NCBI GenBank assembly: GCA_041483895.1
Contig: JBGPGO010000022.1
Location: 1 to 52,008 of the forward strand
Length of the DNA stretch: 52,008 bases
Direction of reading: 5' to 3'
Source: Fimbriimonadia bacterium
Lineage (GTDB): Bacteria > Armatimonadota > Fimbriimonadia > Fimbriimonadales > JABRVX01
Part shown: piece by piece, positions 10,200 to 19,755 of the stretch
Layout of the letters: each line of letters begins with the position of its first letter
Numbering within the stretch: position 1 is the first letter of the stretch
Made by a program: the position numbers and the translations under genes
Notes under the pieces: model-generated
Database searches by the model: none
What the model was told of the DNA's origin: nothing
Seen by the model: only the letters and a program-made list of their open reading frames with translations

Positions 10200-11128
10200 C
10201 AGTTGATCGCCCCCGTGGTGATCGATAGGAACACGTCCTCCAAATCCACTTCTTCCTCGCGGAAATCCACTACCCGCAATCCGTCCCTTATCAGCGCCGC
10301 AAGCAGTTCCGCCTGATCCTCCAATTCGCCCGAGAACTCAACTTTCACGGAATGCTCATTGAGCGGTTCCGCCGAGAGCACATGCTCCCGATTCTGAAGA
10401 TGAGAAGCGACCGCGCCCGATTCCGCGAGCGCGCGAATGACGAGAACTCTCGACTTCTGGATGCCCTTCACGATCTCCGATACGGGTCCCATGGCCAGCA
10501 TCTTGCCCTGCTCGATAATCCCCACGGTGTTGCAAAAGTCCGCCAACTCCGGCAAAATGTGGGACGAGACGATCACGATTTTCCCCATTCGTCCAAGCTC
10601 CGCGATCAGCTCTTTCAGCTCCGCCCGCGCGCGCGGATCCAGGCCGCTCGCCGGCTCGTCCAACAGCAGGAGCGAAGGGTCATGGACCAGGCATTTGGCC
10701 AAACAAAGTCGCTGCTGCATGCCGCGAGAAAGCGACTGCACGTATGCATCCCGTTTTGCCGTGAGGTCCGTCAGCTCCAACACGTTGCCGATGATCTGTG
10801 GCCGCTGCATGCGGGGGATCTTATACGCCGACGCGAAAAAATCCAGATACTCCCACACTTTGATATCATCATACAGGCCAAAGAAATCCGGCATATATCC
10901 GATCTGCCGCCGCACATCCATCTGATTGCGATGTATATCCGCGCCGTTGATGGTAGCAGTGCCGGATGTCGGTTCGAGCAGGGTGGCCACCATCTTGATG
11001 GTGGTAGTTTTGCCCGCGCCATTCGGGCCGATAAATCCGAACACATCACCAGGCTGCAAGCGGAAGCTGAGATCGTGCACGGCGACCAGATTGCCATACA
11101 CTTTGCGTAGGTGTTTAACTTCCAGCAT
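10199..11128 (-). CDS. ABC transporter ATP-binding protein
   Basis: GPNGAGKTT, LSRGMQQR signature, LLLDEPASGLDP. Confidence 0.95.
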   Translation of the reverse strand: MLEVKHLRKVYGNLVAVHDLSFRLQPGDVFGFIGPNGAGKTTTIKMVATLLEPTSGTATINGADIHRNQMDVRRQIGYMPDFFGLYDDIKVWEYLDFFASAYKIPRMQRPQIIGNVLELTDLTAKRDAYVQSLSRGMQQRLCLAKCLVHDPSLLLLDEPASGLDPRARAELKELIAELGRMGKIVIVSSHILPELADFCNTVGIIEQGKMLAMGPVSEIVKGIQKSRVLVIRALAESGAVASHLQNREHVLSAEPLNEHSVKVEFSGELEDQAELLAALIRDGLRVVDFREEEVDLEDVFLSITTGAIN

Positions 11129-12026
11129 CGTGGGACCTCGGGATAAATGCGGCTTCGGATTCCGGGAAGTGAAGGGTCTTTTCCGCCCATATCAGGAAGA
11201 TGGCGACAAAACACAGATATACCAATGCTTGCGGAATGCCATGCCACGCCGATAACACATTGTCCGCAGGATTAGACGAATTATACATATTATAGGTGTA
11301 TTGGTCCTGCTCAATCGCGGTGTACGGATGAAGATACATGAATGGCGCGGCCGCGTTTGCATCCGGGATCAGCATTCCCAAAATCGCCGGCGCGACGACA
11401 AGGCCGAGGATCAGAAACGCGTAGGTGACTGCGAGCGCGGTAATGCTCTTGCGACTGCGCGACGATGCCAACAGCGTAAATGCTACCAATGCCAGCCCGT
11501 AGGCGACGCACACCACTTCGACCCGGATCATCTCCTCTAGCTTGGTCGGCAATGGAGGCGGTTCAGGTTGGTCAGGCTGCGAACCGTATGTAGTCGGTAT
11601 TTGGGCTATATCGTATGAGTATCCTGTCTGCGCCATCATCATCGGAACCGCCATCAATGCGCATATCGCCCCGACAGCAGCCGCGCCGGAGAGAAACTTC
11701 CCAATCACAATCTGCGCCTTCGTGATGGGAGCGCAGATCAGCATCTCCCAACTCCGCCGCTCCCGCTCGCCCGCGACGGACCCTTGCATAATCGTGGGAA
11801 CAACAAAGCTCAGCAAAACGAACAGAAAAATCCCCAGCCCCTTGATCGTCACTCCGGTATCGAAAACGGAAACGAGCGCAAGAATGAGCAGATAGATCAA
11901 GATGACAATGATCAGCGTCGCGACATTGAGCACGCTTGTCTGGCTGATGCCGAGGAAGCGCCGGATGAACCGCTTCATCTCGATCAGCATCGGGTTCTCG
12001 CTCACAAGGTCCTGGAAAACGCTCAT
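11115..12026 (-). CDS. ABC-2-type transporter permease
   Basis: SVAGERERRSWEML..IVIGKF motif, about 6 TMs. Confidence 0.85.
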   Translation of the reverse strand: MSVFQDLVSENPMLIEMKRFIRRFLGISQTSVLNVATLIIVILIYLLILALVSVFDTGVTIKGLGIFLFVLLSFVVPTIMQGSVAGERERRSWEMLICAPITKAQIVIGKFLSGAAAVGAICALMAVPMMMAQTGYSYDIAQIPTTYGSQPDQPEPPPLPTKLEEMIRVEVVCVAYGLALVAFTLLASSRSRKSITALAVTYAFLILGLVVAPAILGMLIPDANAAAPFMYLHPYTAIEQDQYTYNMYNSSNPADNVLSAWHGIPQALVYLCFVAIFLIWAEKTLHFPESEAAFIPRSHDAGS

Positions 12027-13909
12027 TGATTGCCTCGATCACTCAGAAAATAGACAAGGTCAACATTGGAGCCGTCGGTAATCCCACGCCCAATCTGCGG
12101 TCCCGGCCGAAATCCTACGAGCTTCCCGCGAATGGCAATCGCATTGAGGGGAACGGTCTGGCCGGCTTCACCCTCATGGTTGTCTTGCTCCCCCGTTGCA
12201 ATTCGTCCGTTCACTTTGATTCTCTTGCCCGGCGGCAGATCGCCGAGTTTCACGACCGCCTGGGTGCCAATGCTTGCATCGTTGATCGTGAACGGACTAT
12301 TGTTTATGATCGTGCCGGAGAGCCGCGCCGAACTGCTGGTAATGTACTTCATCCGCAGCCCCTCTGTTCGGATCATCTCCTTCAACGGAATCCGCTGGCT
12401 GAACCAAAACTCCCGAAAACTGAGGTTGGAAACCGGCATCTCCGGAACCAATATCTCACCCACATCCACCGCATCGAATTTCGGCTGGTTCTGACCGCCG
12501 CGATAACGGCGATAGGGCGTGTACAAGGTGGTGTCTTCGGTCATGCTGCGCGCTTGCAGCGAATCCACGCCGGAAAGCTGCAAATCGTACCGGCCCCCGC
12601 GCGGGAAAAACAGTTGCGATCGCCCTATGAAGTATGCATCCTCGACCCTTGGATCGACAAGCAATATCCCAGTGGTCTCCGTTGAGAGATCGAACGAATA
12701 GAGATTGCCCGACAGCGCGAACAGCAGCGCAGCAAATCCGACGCTGATGATCGGCGCGGTGATCCAGGCCTTTTCTCCCGCGCGAAATTTTCGCAAGATC
12801 AAAAAATTCACGGGGACGACCACTACCAAATAGCCGAGCAGGATTAGAAACACCTTGCCGGAAGACGGCATCTCGACGTTGAACGGACCCTCCCCCTGAT
12901 TCATGACATCCGTGACCGACTGCAAAAGCTGCGTCCGTTTTCGCAGTCCGGACTCCGTTTGCAGGAAATTGGCAAACAGTTTCCGCCGGCCCTTCCATGT
13001 ATCGAGCGGCGGCTCGAACGGGTTGAAAGCCAAATACGAGACGGTGCCCAAGCCGACGCTGTGCTGCACGATCAGCGGCCCGCCGGAGGCGAACAGAACC
13101 TTCGCGTCCCGCGTCGGATCCCCAATCAAAACCGACATCGGCTTGGCAGGGGGCGCGGTGCCGCCGAACACAGCGAAAGAGGCCGGGGCAATCATCGTCT
13201 GCGGCTTGACGTTCTGAATCGGCAAAATGGGCCGCCATCTGGGATCGGCAAGGATCGGCGACGAAGCCCCGCCGACAAACACCAAATGCCCGCCCGAAAG
13301 CAGCCAGGTCTTGAGAGCCGAAATCTCTGTGTCCATGAGCCGTTCCGATCCCTCCCCAAAGATGACCGCCGAAATGCCCTCATACGCGGACGGGCGGTCG
13401 GGCAGCATGCCGGGCCGCCCGTACAGGTCGGAACCCGCCGGCCGCTCCTCGTTGCCTTGCCTCCGGAAAAAGGTCATCAGTCCCGACGTGTCGCTGATCA
13501 GAAGAAACGATTTGGCCCCATACTCCGACATGCCGTAGGTGGGTGGCAGCCGCTTTTGCGCGTTGCCGTTCGATGTGTTCAGCGTCACCGTTAGGTCGGA
13601 CATCATGAGGGCTTCGCCGGGCGTGTAGGCGATGATCCGCTTGTTGGCCCCGCGAGGCAGGTCCACCGGGTAGGTCATCTCAAAGTCGGAGCCCTCGACG
13701 CGCACAACCCCGCGGGCGTTCCCCCCGGAATTCTGGATATCGATGGCTAGCGGATAGGTGCCGCCCATCGGACTGGCGCCCTCGAACAGCGGCTGGACGC
13801 TCAGCGTAAAGTCAGCGTCGGACGCAAAACCGGCGCAGGCAAGCCCAATCCCCACCGCGAACCCCGCAATAGCTCTCAATGTACTTACCGATACACCTCT
13901 CCCCAGCAA
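12023..13909 (-). CDS. Exported/membrane protein with GATase-like domain, first gene of the MoxR-ABC operon
   Basis: Signal-peptide-like N-terminus, WLLSGGHLVFVGG, TM pair (YLVVVVPVNF..AWITAPIIS). Exact start uncertain. Confidence 0.7.
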   Translation of the reverse strand: MLGRGVSVSTLRAIAGFAVGIGLACAGFASDADFTLSVQPLFEGASPMGGTYPLAIDIQNSGGNARGVVRVEGSDFEMTYPVDLPRGANKRIIAYTPGEALMMSDLTVTLNTSNGNAQKRLPPTYGMSEYGAKSFLLISDTSGLMTFFRRQGNEERPAGSDLYGRPGMLPDRPSAYEGISAVIFGEGSERLMDTEISALKTWLLSGGHLVFVGGASSPILADPRWRPILPIQNVKPQTMIAPASFAVFGGTAPPAKPMSVLIGDPTRDAKVLFASGGPLIVQHSVGLGTVSYLAFNPFEPPLDTWKGRRKLFANFLQTESGLRKRTQLLQSVTDVMNQGEGPFNVEMPSSGKVFLILLGYLVVVVPVNFLILRKFRAGEKAWITAPIISVGFAALLFALSGNLYSFDLSTETTGILLVDPRVEDAYFIGRSQLFFPRGGRYDLQLSGVDSLQARSMTEDTTLYTPYRRYRGGQNQPKFDAVDVGEILVPEMPVSNLSFREFWFSQRIPLKEMIRTEGLRMKYITSSSARLSGTIINNSPFTINDASIGTQAVVKLGDLPPGKRIKVNGRIATGEQDNHEGEAGQTVPLNAIAIRGKLVGFRPGPQIGRGITDGSNVDLVYFLSDRGNQ

Positions 13910-13981
13910 TGGGTTTCACCGTCAGGACCAAAACCCTCTTTTGCCTGTTAGTCGTATCGAAGGTGCCAAATGGTTTGCAAG

Positions 13982-14536
13982 CTATGGTTGCCTTAGCAAG
14001 AATCCAAGGACCTCGGCGTTGTGGCCACTCGCCCCTGCCTCGATCCACCTAACGACATCTTCGTCGATTTCAGGATTGGCCCAACAAATCGAATCGATCG
14101 ACCTCCACTTTTCGCAGAGTTTCCTGAATGAAACTCTCGCTGTCTTATCACAGGAGATGATGATCTTGTCTGTTTTCGCTGCGGCGGCAACCAGGTGACA
14201 GTCTCTGATAGCTCGTACTCTGTCATTTTGCAAAAGGTGCTTTGTAGACATGTCGCAGCAACGACTGCTGCTTACCGAACCAAGATGAAGAGTTCTCTTT
14301 CGGCTCTTCATAGTTGCCATCCATTGCAAACCATATCCCCGTAATCGATTCCACTGGACTTCAATATCATTTGAGAGCACAACTGTGTGCCCAGATTTCT
14401 CTACGGCTTCCAGAGCATCGTAACACCGCAGTTTTTCGACGGGATCGCCGAAGCTTGGTGGTCTTACCAACCTGCCACCCACATCGGCATCAATGACCAA
14501 TCGTCTCCCAATTGATATTGTCTTGCCACTGGCCAA
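13982..14536 (-). CDS. Hypothetical protein, PIN-like fold suspected
   Basis: LVIDAD..RDCHLVAAA..IIISCD acidic pattern; sits 9 nt downstream of the AAA ATPase gene. Confidence 0.55.
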   Translation of the reverse strand: MASGKTISIGRRLVIDADVGGRLVRPPSFGDPVEKLRCYDALEAVEKSGHTVVLSNDIEVQWNRLRGYGLQWMATMKSRKRTLHLGSVSSSRCCDMSTKHLLQNDRVRAIRDCHLVAAAAKTDKIIISCDKTARVSFRKLCEKWRSIDSICWANPEIDEDVVRWIEAGASGHNAEVLGFLLRQP

Positions 14537-14545
14537 GGTGGACTG

Positions 14546-15955
14546 CTAGTCCCTTACCTGTGCGGACAAATAGTCTCGTGCCGCTTGGCCTTGAACCACG
14601 TCGAAATCAACTGGCCAGTCCCCGTAAGCGCCGTTCTTGTCCGGCTCCACGCTATCGATCTTAGTAGCGCCTGTTTTCCGGTTTTGCGAGAACCAATGAA
14701 ATATTACGTCTTCTGGTTCGATCTCGCCTTTTGCAACGAGCGTCTGGATGCCCTGCAGAATCAGCGGGCTGTGCGTTTCGATCACAATTCTTGCCCCCCG
14801 CTTTGCCGCATCCCGCATCACCTGCGCCAAGCCATATTGCGCTCTGGGGTGGAGATGAATTTCCGGTTGCTCGATAAAGACCAACTGACCAGGCTCTGCC
14901 GCGACCAAAGCGATTGCGATTGGCAGCGCCTGCGATACACCGAATCCTGCGTAAGCAATATTAATTAGGTCGTCTCCGCCATTGCTTCTTATCGGGCTGT
15001 GAATTCGTCCGACCTGCAACTCAACTTGTGTGTCCGTAATTCGTTTTGCATGAATTGTCCAGTTGATATGCATCTGTTGGAGCGAGTGCCGCAGCGCATG
15101 GAGGTTCTCTTGGTCGCGCTCTGACCAATCGGTTACGAAACTTGCCACATAGTGCTCGAAGCTGCCGGGGAATGACCTGCCGGTACCCGCAACATTGTAC
15201 GCGAGCTCCGGATTGCCGCGGATGCCGCGAATGTAAATTACCCTAGAGAGCGCAGCGACAAACAGATGGATTGGCAATTTTTCCCACCAAAGCAGGGTCC
15301 TGTGAACAGCTTCCACTCTTTGCTTCCTGCCAGCCTCTCCTAGGCCAACAGCAGTGTTTGCGACTGGAACCTGGGTAAGCGAGAGGAAGCACCGGTCCGT
15401 TTTCACCTCTGTTGTCCATCCGGGTTCCTTGCTTTGTTCAGCAAATATATCTGGCCCAAGCCATTGTCGCATTAGGGAGCTAGGATCGCTATTGGGGGTT
15501 AACCGTATCTCCTCGAGATTCACCTTTGCGACCTGTAGAGAAACCTCAAACCCGCGGCTTCGACGGCCAAGACGATAATCAATAGCTATCGAAGGTCCGC
15601 CGATATCCGTGGATGATGATTCCAGACGCATGCCGCAGCAAAACGTATCTGGGACCCGATCGATGACAATTCTGGACAGCAAGTCCGTTGACCTTGAAAA
15701 CTTCACGTCCGGGCCATCGAGTTTCAGGACCCCCGGATCATATTCTGATAACAGCGTCTGCCGCTGCAACAAGAGTGGCTGTATCATGCTGGACTTGCCA
15801 GAACTATTCGCCCCAACCAAAATGGTAATTGGCTTTACATCAATCGTTCTCTCATCTGCAATTGACTTGAAGCCATGCACAGTTATACTTTGGATGGCAG
15901 GTATCTGTTCAGAGCGGTCCTTCTTTGCATCTTGCTGTGAAGTTCGTCGGGGCAT
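14546..15955 (-). CDS. AAA/ABC-type ATPase (AAA_15/AAA_21, DUF3696-like C-terminus)
   Basis: GFKSI, GANSSGKSS Walker A, GFGVSQALP signature, IEQPEIHLHPRAQ, IETHS. Confidence 0.85.
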   Translation of the reverse strand: MPRRTSQQDAKKDRSEQIPAIQSITVHGFKSIADERTIDVKPITILVGANSSGKSSMIQPLLLQRQTLLSEYDPGVLKLDGPDVKFSRSTDLLSRIVIDRVPDTFCCGMRLESSSTDIGGPSIAIDYRLGRRSRGFEVSLQVAKVNLEEIRLTPNSDPSSLMRQWLGPDIFAEQSKEPGWTTEVKTDRCFLSLTQVPVANTAVGLGEAGRKQRVEAVHRTLLWWEKLPIHLFVAALSRVIYIRGIRGNPELAYNVAGTGRSFPGSFEHYVASFVTDWSERDQENLHALRHSLQQMHINWTIHAKRITDTQVELQVGRIHSPIRSNGGDDLINIAYAGFGVSQALPIAIALVAAEPGQLVFIEQPEIHLHPRAQYGLAQVMRDAAKRGARIVIETHSPLILQGIQTLVAKGEIEPEDVIFHWFSQNRKTGATKIDSVEPDKNGAYGDWPVDFDVVQGQAARDYLSAQVRD

Positions 15956-16063
15956 GGTTGTCTCAAGTAGAATTGTACCGTCTTGGTAATCCCTCCACAG
16001 GGCAGCCCGGGGGTACCCTTTGCCGATAATTGCTTTTGAGATTGGCTACAAGGACGGTTTTCT

Positions 16064-17377
16064 ATGCGAATTTCTGTTTTTGGCCTCGGCTACGTCGGGG
16101 CGGTCTCCTCGGCCTGCTTCGCCCGTAACGGCCACACGGTCATCGGCGTCGACCCGGACGAGCATAAGCTGGCCCCCATCCGCGAGGGCCGCTCCCCCAT
16201 CGTTGAGAAGGACCTAGACGCCACATTGGCCGAAGCCGTCCGCTCCGGCCTCTTATCAGTCGGCGCGACCGCCGAGCAGGCCGTCCACGATACGGACCTC
16301 TCCCTCATCTGCGTCGGCACCCCAAGCCGGGAAAACGGCGACCTGAAAACCGACTTCGTGGAGCGCGTCTCCCACGAGATCGGCGAGGCCATGCGCTCCA
16401 AGAGCGGCTACCACTGCGTCGTCGTCCGAAGCACCGTCCTGCCCGGCACTACCGAGGGCAAGGTGCTACCGATTTTGGAGAAGTCCAGCGGCAAAAAGTG
16501 CGGCGAGCAGTTCGGCCTCGCCATGAACCCCGAATTTTTGCGGGAGGGGACCGCAATCAAAGATTTCGACAAGCCCCCGTTCACGGTCATCGGCGCCTTA
16601 CACGATAGGGATCGGGAGCTGGTCGCCAAGGCATACGCGGAGGTGGACGGGCCGGTCGTGCAGACCGCCGTCAAAGAGGCGGAGATGATCAAATACATCT
16701 GCAACTGCTTCCACGCGCTAAAGATCACCTTCGCCAACGAGGTCGGGATGCTCAGCAAGGCGATGGGTGTGGACGGGACGCGGGTGATGGAGATCGCCTG
16801 CATGGACACCAAGCTCAACGTCTCCGCCGCCTATCTCAAGCCCGGCTTCGCCTTCGGGGGCTCCTGCCTGCCCAAAGACGTGCGCGCCGCCGCCTTCCGG
16901 GGCCGGGACCTGGATGTCCCCACACCACTGATGAGCAGCCTCCTCGCCAGCAATCAAGCGCAGATCGACCGGGTGGTCTCCCGTCTGAAGGCCACGGGCA
17001 AGCGGACGGTGGCCCTGCTCGGTCTCAGCTTCAAGCCCGGTACCGACGATCTGCGGGAAAGTCCGCTCGTCACCCTCGCCGAGCAGCTCATCGGCAAAGG
17101 CTTCAAGCTCAAGATATACGACCCGAACGTCTCCTACGCCGCACTACACGGCTCCAACCGGGCCTATATTGAGAAGGAGATCCCCCACCTGGCGGAGATC
17201 CTGTCGGAAGATGCCGAGAGGGTGATGGCGGACGCGGAGATCGTGATCTTCGGGCACAACGCGCCGGAATTCACGGCCCTCCTCGCCAAGACCCAGCCCG
17301 GTCAGTACTGCCTGGACCTCGCGCGGGTAGGCAAGCCAACGGATACCCAAGGGGTGTATGACGGCCTCTACTGGTAG
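16064..17377 (+). CDS. GDP-mannose/UDP-glucose 6-dehydrogenase family protein (AlgD-like)
   Basis: GLGYVG, ICVGTP, NPEFLREG, FGGSCLPKD, LSFKPGTDDLRESP; ends YDGLYW. Confidence 0.93.
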   Translation: MRISVFGLGYVGAVSSACFARNGHTVIGVDPDEHKLAPIREGRSPIVEKDLDATLAEAVRSGLLSVGATAEQAVHDTDLSLICVGTPSRENGDLKTDFVERVSHEIGEAMRSKSGYHCVVVRSTVLPGTTEGKVLPILEKSSGKKCGEQFGLAMNPEFLREGTAIKDFDKPPFTVIGALHDRDRELVAKAYAEVDGPVVQTAVKEAEMIKYICNCFHALKITFANEVGMLSKAMGVDGTRVMEIACMDTKLNVSAAYLKPGFAFGGSCLPKDVRAAAFRGRDLDVPTPLMSSLLASNQAQIDRVVSRLKATGKRTVALLGLSFKPGTDDLRESPLVTLAEQLIGKGFKLKIYDPNVSYAALHGSNRAYIEKEIPHLAEILSEDAERVMADAEIVIFGHNAPEFTALLAKTQPGQYCLDLARVGKPTDTQGVYDGLYW

Positions 17378-18590
17378 CCGCGGGAAAATCCTGATCCTGG
17401 TCGAAAACCTCCCCGTCCCCTTTGACAGGCGCGTGTGGATGGAATCGCTGGCCCTTCGCGATGCAGGGTACACGGTTTCCGTCATCTCCCCCTGCCCGCC
17501 GAACGAGCTGAACGAGCCCCATAAAGTGATCGAGGGCATCCACGTATATCGGTACAAAATGCCGCCGCCGACCCAAAGCAAGGCCAGCTTCGTCTACGAA
17601 TTCGCCTACTGTTGGCTGAAGACGTGGCGGCTGGTGCGAAAGGTGGACGAGGAGGTCGGTTTCGACGTATTGCAGGCCTGCAACCCGCCGGACACGTTCT
17701 GGCTCATCGGCGCCTACTACAAGAGGCTCGGCAAGCGGTTTGTGTTCGACCACCACGACCTGTGTCCGGAACTCTACATCTCCAAGTTCAATCGCGAGGA
17801 CATCTTTCTGAAGTCCCAATACTGGCTGGAGCGCAAGACATTCCAGACCGCCGACATGGTGATGTGCACGAACGAGAGCTACCGGGACGTCGCCATCCAA
17901 CGCGGAGGAAAAAAACCGGAAGACACCGTCGTCGTCCGCTCCGGCCCGCTGCTTTCCCGCTTCGTCCGCTGCGAGCCGGATGAATCGCTGAAACATGGCC
18001 GCAAGCACCTGGTTGTCTATCTGGGTGTGATGGGGCCGCAGGACGGAGTGGACTATGCCCTCCGCGCTGTAAAAATCCTGGTCCACGACCTTGGCTACAA
18101 GGATGCCTACTATGCGTTCATCGGGGCCGGTGACAGTTGGCGGGACTTGCGGGACCTGGCGCAGAGCCTGGACCTATGCGACCATGTGGAATTCCCCGGC
18201 CGCATCTCAGATGAGGACCTCAAGCGCTATCTCAGCACCGCCTCTCTCGGCATGGCGCCCGACCCCATGAACCCGCTGAACGACGTTTCCACGATGAACA
18301 AGATCATCGAGTACATGGCGATGAACCTGCCGGTGGTCTCCTTCGACCTCAAAGAGGCCCGCTATTCCGCCGGGGACGCCGCAATCTACGTTCCTCCAAA
18401 TGATGAGCGGCTCTTTGCGGAAGCTATGCTCGAACTGCTCCAAGACGACGACCGACGCCGGCAAATGGGCCAGCTCGGCCGCCAAAGAGTCGAAGAGCAG
18501 CTAGCCTGGGACCATAGCCGCAAAGTGCTCGTCGCAGTCTACGACAGGCTGTTCGAACGCTACTTCGACGTCAATCGCCAGACGAAATAG
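17358..18590 (+). CDS. Glycosyltransferase family 4
   Basis: ENLPVPFDRRVW N-terminus, GVMGPQDGVD, NKIIEYMA motif. Confidence 0.9.
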   Translation: MTASTGSRGKILILVENLPVPFDRRVWMESLALRDAGYTVSVISPCPPNELNEPHKVIEGIHVYRYKMPPPTQSKASFVYEFAYCWLKTWRLVRKVDEEVGFDVLQACNPPDTFWLIGAYYKRLGKRFVFDHHDLCPELYISKFNREDIFLKSQYWLERKTFQTADMVMCTNESYRDVAIQRGGKKPEDTVVVRSGPLLSRFVRCEPDESLKHGRKHLVVYLGVMGPQDGVDYALRAVKILVHDLGYKDAYYAFIGAGDSWRDLRDLAQSLDLCDHVEFPGRISDEDLKRYLSTASLGMAPDPMNPLNDVSTMNKIIEYMAMNLPVVSFDLKEARYSAGDAAIYVPPNDERLFAEAMLELLQDDDRRRQMGQLGRQRVEEQLAWDHSRKVLVAVYDRLFERYFDVNRQTK

Positions 18591-19012
18591 GCGCCGAAAG
18601 CGAACGTGAGCACCATCGTGAAGATCGCGATCCCCATCGCCATTGTCTGCATCATCTGACCCGTTTGGGCCGTCGCCGCCGGTTGGGCGGCCTGCGCCTT
18701 CACCATAGCTTCCGCAAACTGACCGGTGGCGATCGCGTAACCCGCGTATACAAGGGTGATAGCAGAAAGAACAGCCCCGAGAAGAAAGCCCCAACGAGCA
18801 GCCATGAATACGCCGATCCCGGCTGCGATCGTCGCTACGCCAGACAGCACCGACAGGATCATCGGGGGTCCGCCGGATGCCTGCGCCGCTTCGCTCGAAG
18901 TACCAGCCACCTGAGTTGCAACACCCGACATTGCGGCGCCAATCAACGAGCACGCCCCAAATAGCGCGAAGATGATGCCGACCACTTTGTCCATGGTTGT
19001 CGAACGGTTCAT
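18560..19012 (-). CDS. Hypothetical 4-TM membrane protein
   Basis: Hydrophobic segments; GGAGG RBS before ATG 19012. Confidence 0.65.
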   Translation of the reverse strand: MNRSTTMDKVVGIIFALFGACSLIGAAMSGVATQVAGTSSEAAQASGGPPMILSVLSGVATIAAGIGVFMAARWGFLLGAVLSAITLVYAGYAIATGQFAEAMVKAQAAQPAATAQTGQMMQTMAMGIAIFTMVLTFAFGAYFVWRLTSK

Positions 19013-19058
19013 AACCCCACCTCCGGCAACCAATTCGTAGTTCAACCTGCAATTCCTG

Positions 19059-19517
19059 CTAGGATCGCCGGGATGCCGCGATCTGCCAGAAGCGGCGGGA
19101 AAGGTATCCGGCAAATATCACGGGCGGTATCAGCCCGAGCGCCCAAAGCGGTTCATTGCCGATGACCGGTAGAGTGACCAGGATCAGCGTGACGCAGGAA
19201 AGCGCCGCTAACCCGTACCCCCACCACTTCGACTGCAAAATCTGGATTCCGGACAGCATCCCGACGCCCGAGGCGAGCCCCGCGAGCAGCCAGATGGAGG
19301 GTGATAGAATGACAGGCTCGGATCCCTCTTCCCCGGCAACCGACAGGGAGATAGTGCCGCCCGCAATCAAGAACGCAACGACCAGCGAAGCGGCGCACGA
19401 TATCGTCAGCGCCACGCCGGCAATTCGATCCGTGCGATTAGCTGATTCTAATGCAATCTGGACCACCCTCCGTTCTTTCACCAGTATCCCTGACATCGAG
19501 CCGCCGAATCCATGCAT
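19059..19517 (-). CDS. Hypothetical 4-TM membrane protein
   Basis: Hydrophobic segments; start may be ATG 19496. Confidence 0.6.
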   Translation of the reverse strand: MHGFGGSMSGILVKERRVVQIALESANRTDRIAGVALTISCAASLVVAFLIAGGTISLSVAGEEGSEPVILSPSIWLLAGLASGVGMLSGIQILQSKWWGYGLAALSCVTLILVTLPVIGNEPLWALGLIPPVIFAGYLSRRFWQIAASRRS

Positions 19518-19610
19518 CTTATGTCAGGCCGCAACCAGATTTGAATTGCTCGCTCCTGCGACATTTGCCAGATGTTCGCTCGTTGCTAGGTTGATTTGCG
19601 GCTCAAAAGG

Positions 19611-19639
19611 TTGCGCGCCAACAAACCGTGCGGTAGAAT
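19611..19639 (+). promoter_or_regulatory. Putative sigma-70 promoter for the 19756 gene
   Basis: TTGCGC-N17-TAGAAT. Confidence 0.45.
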
Positions 19640-19755
19640 GGTCTCGAACAGAGTCTGCGAGTATTTTGTGAGACCGGTTTCGGCCTCTTGATCTGAGGGA
19701 GTAGCGCAAGAGACACGACGATACCCCGTCGGTGAGAAAGGAAGTTGACCTATCT

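Noticed and set aside
19695..19740. yybP-ykoY riboswitch suggested by GGGAGTAGC
   Set aside because: The remaining conserved elements are not evident and the downstream gene is not a Mn-related transporter.
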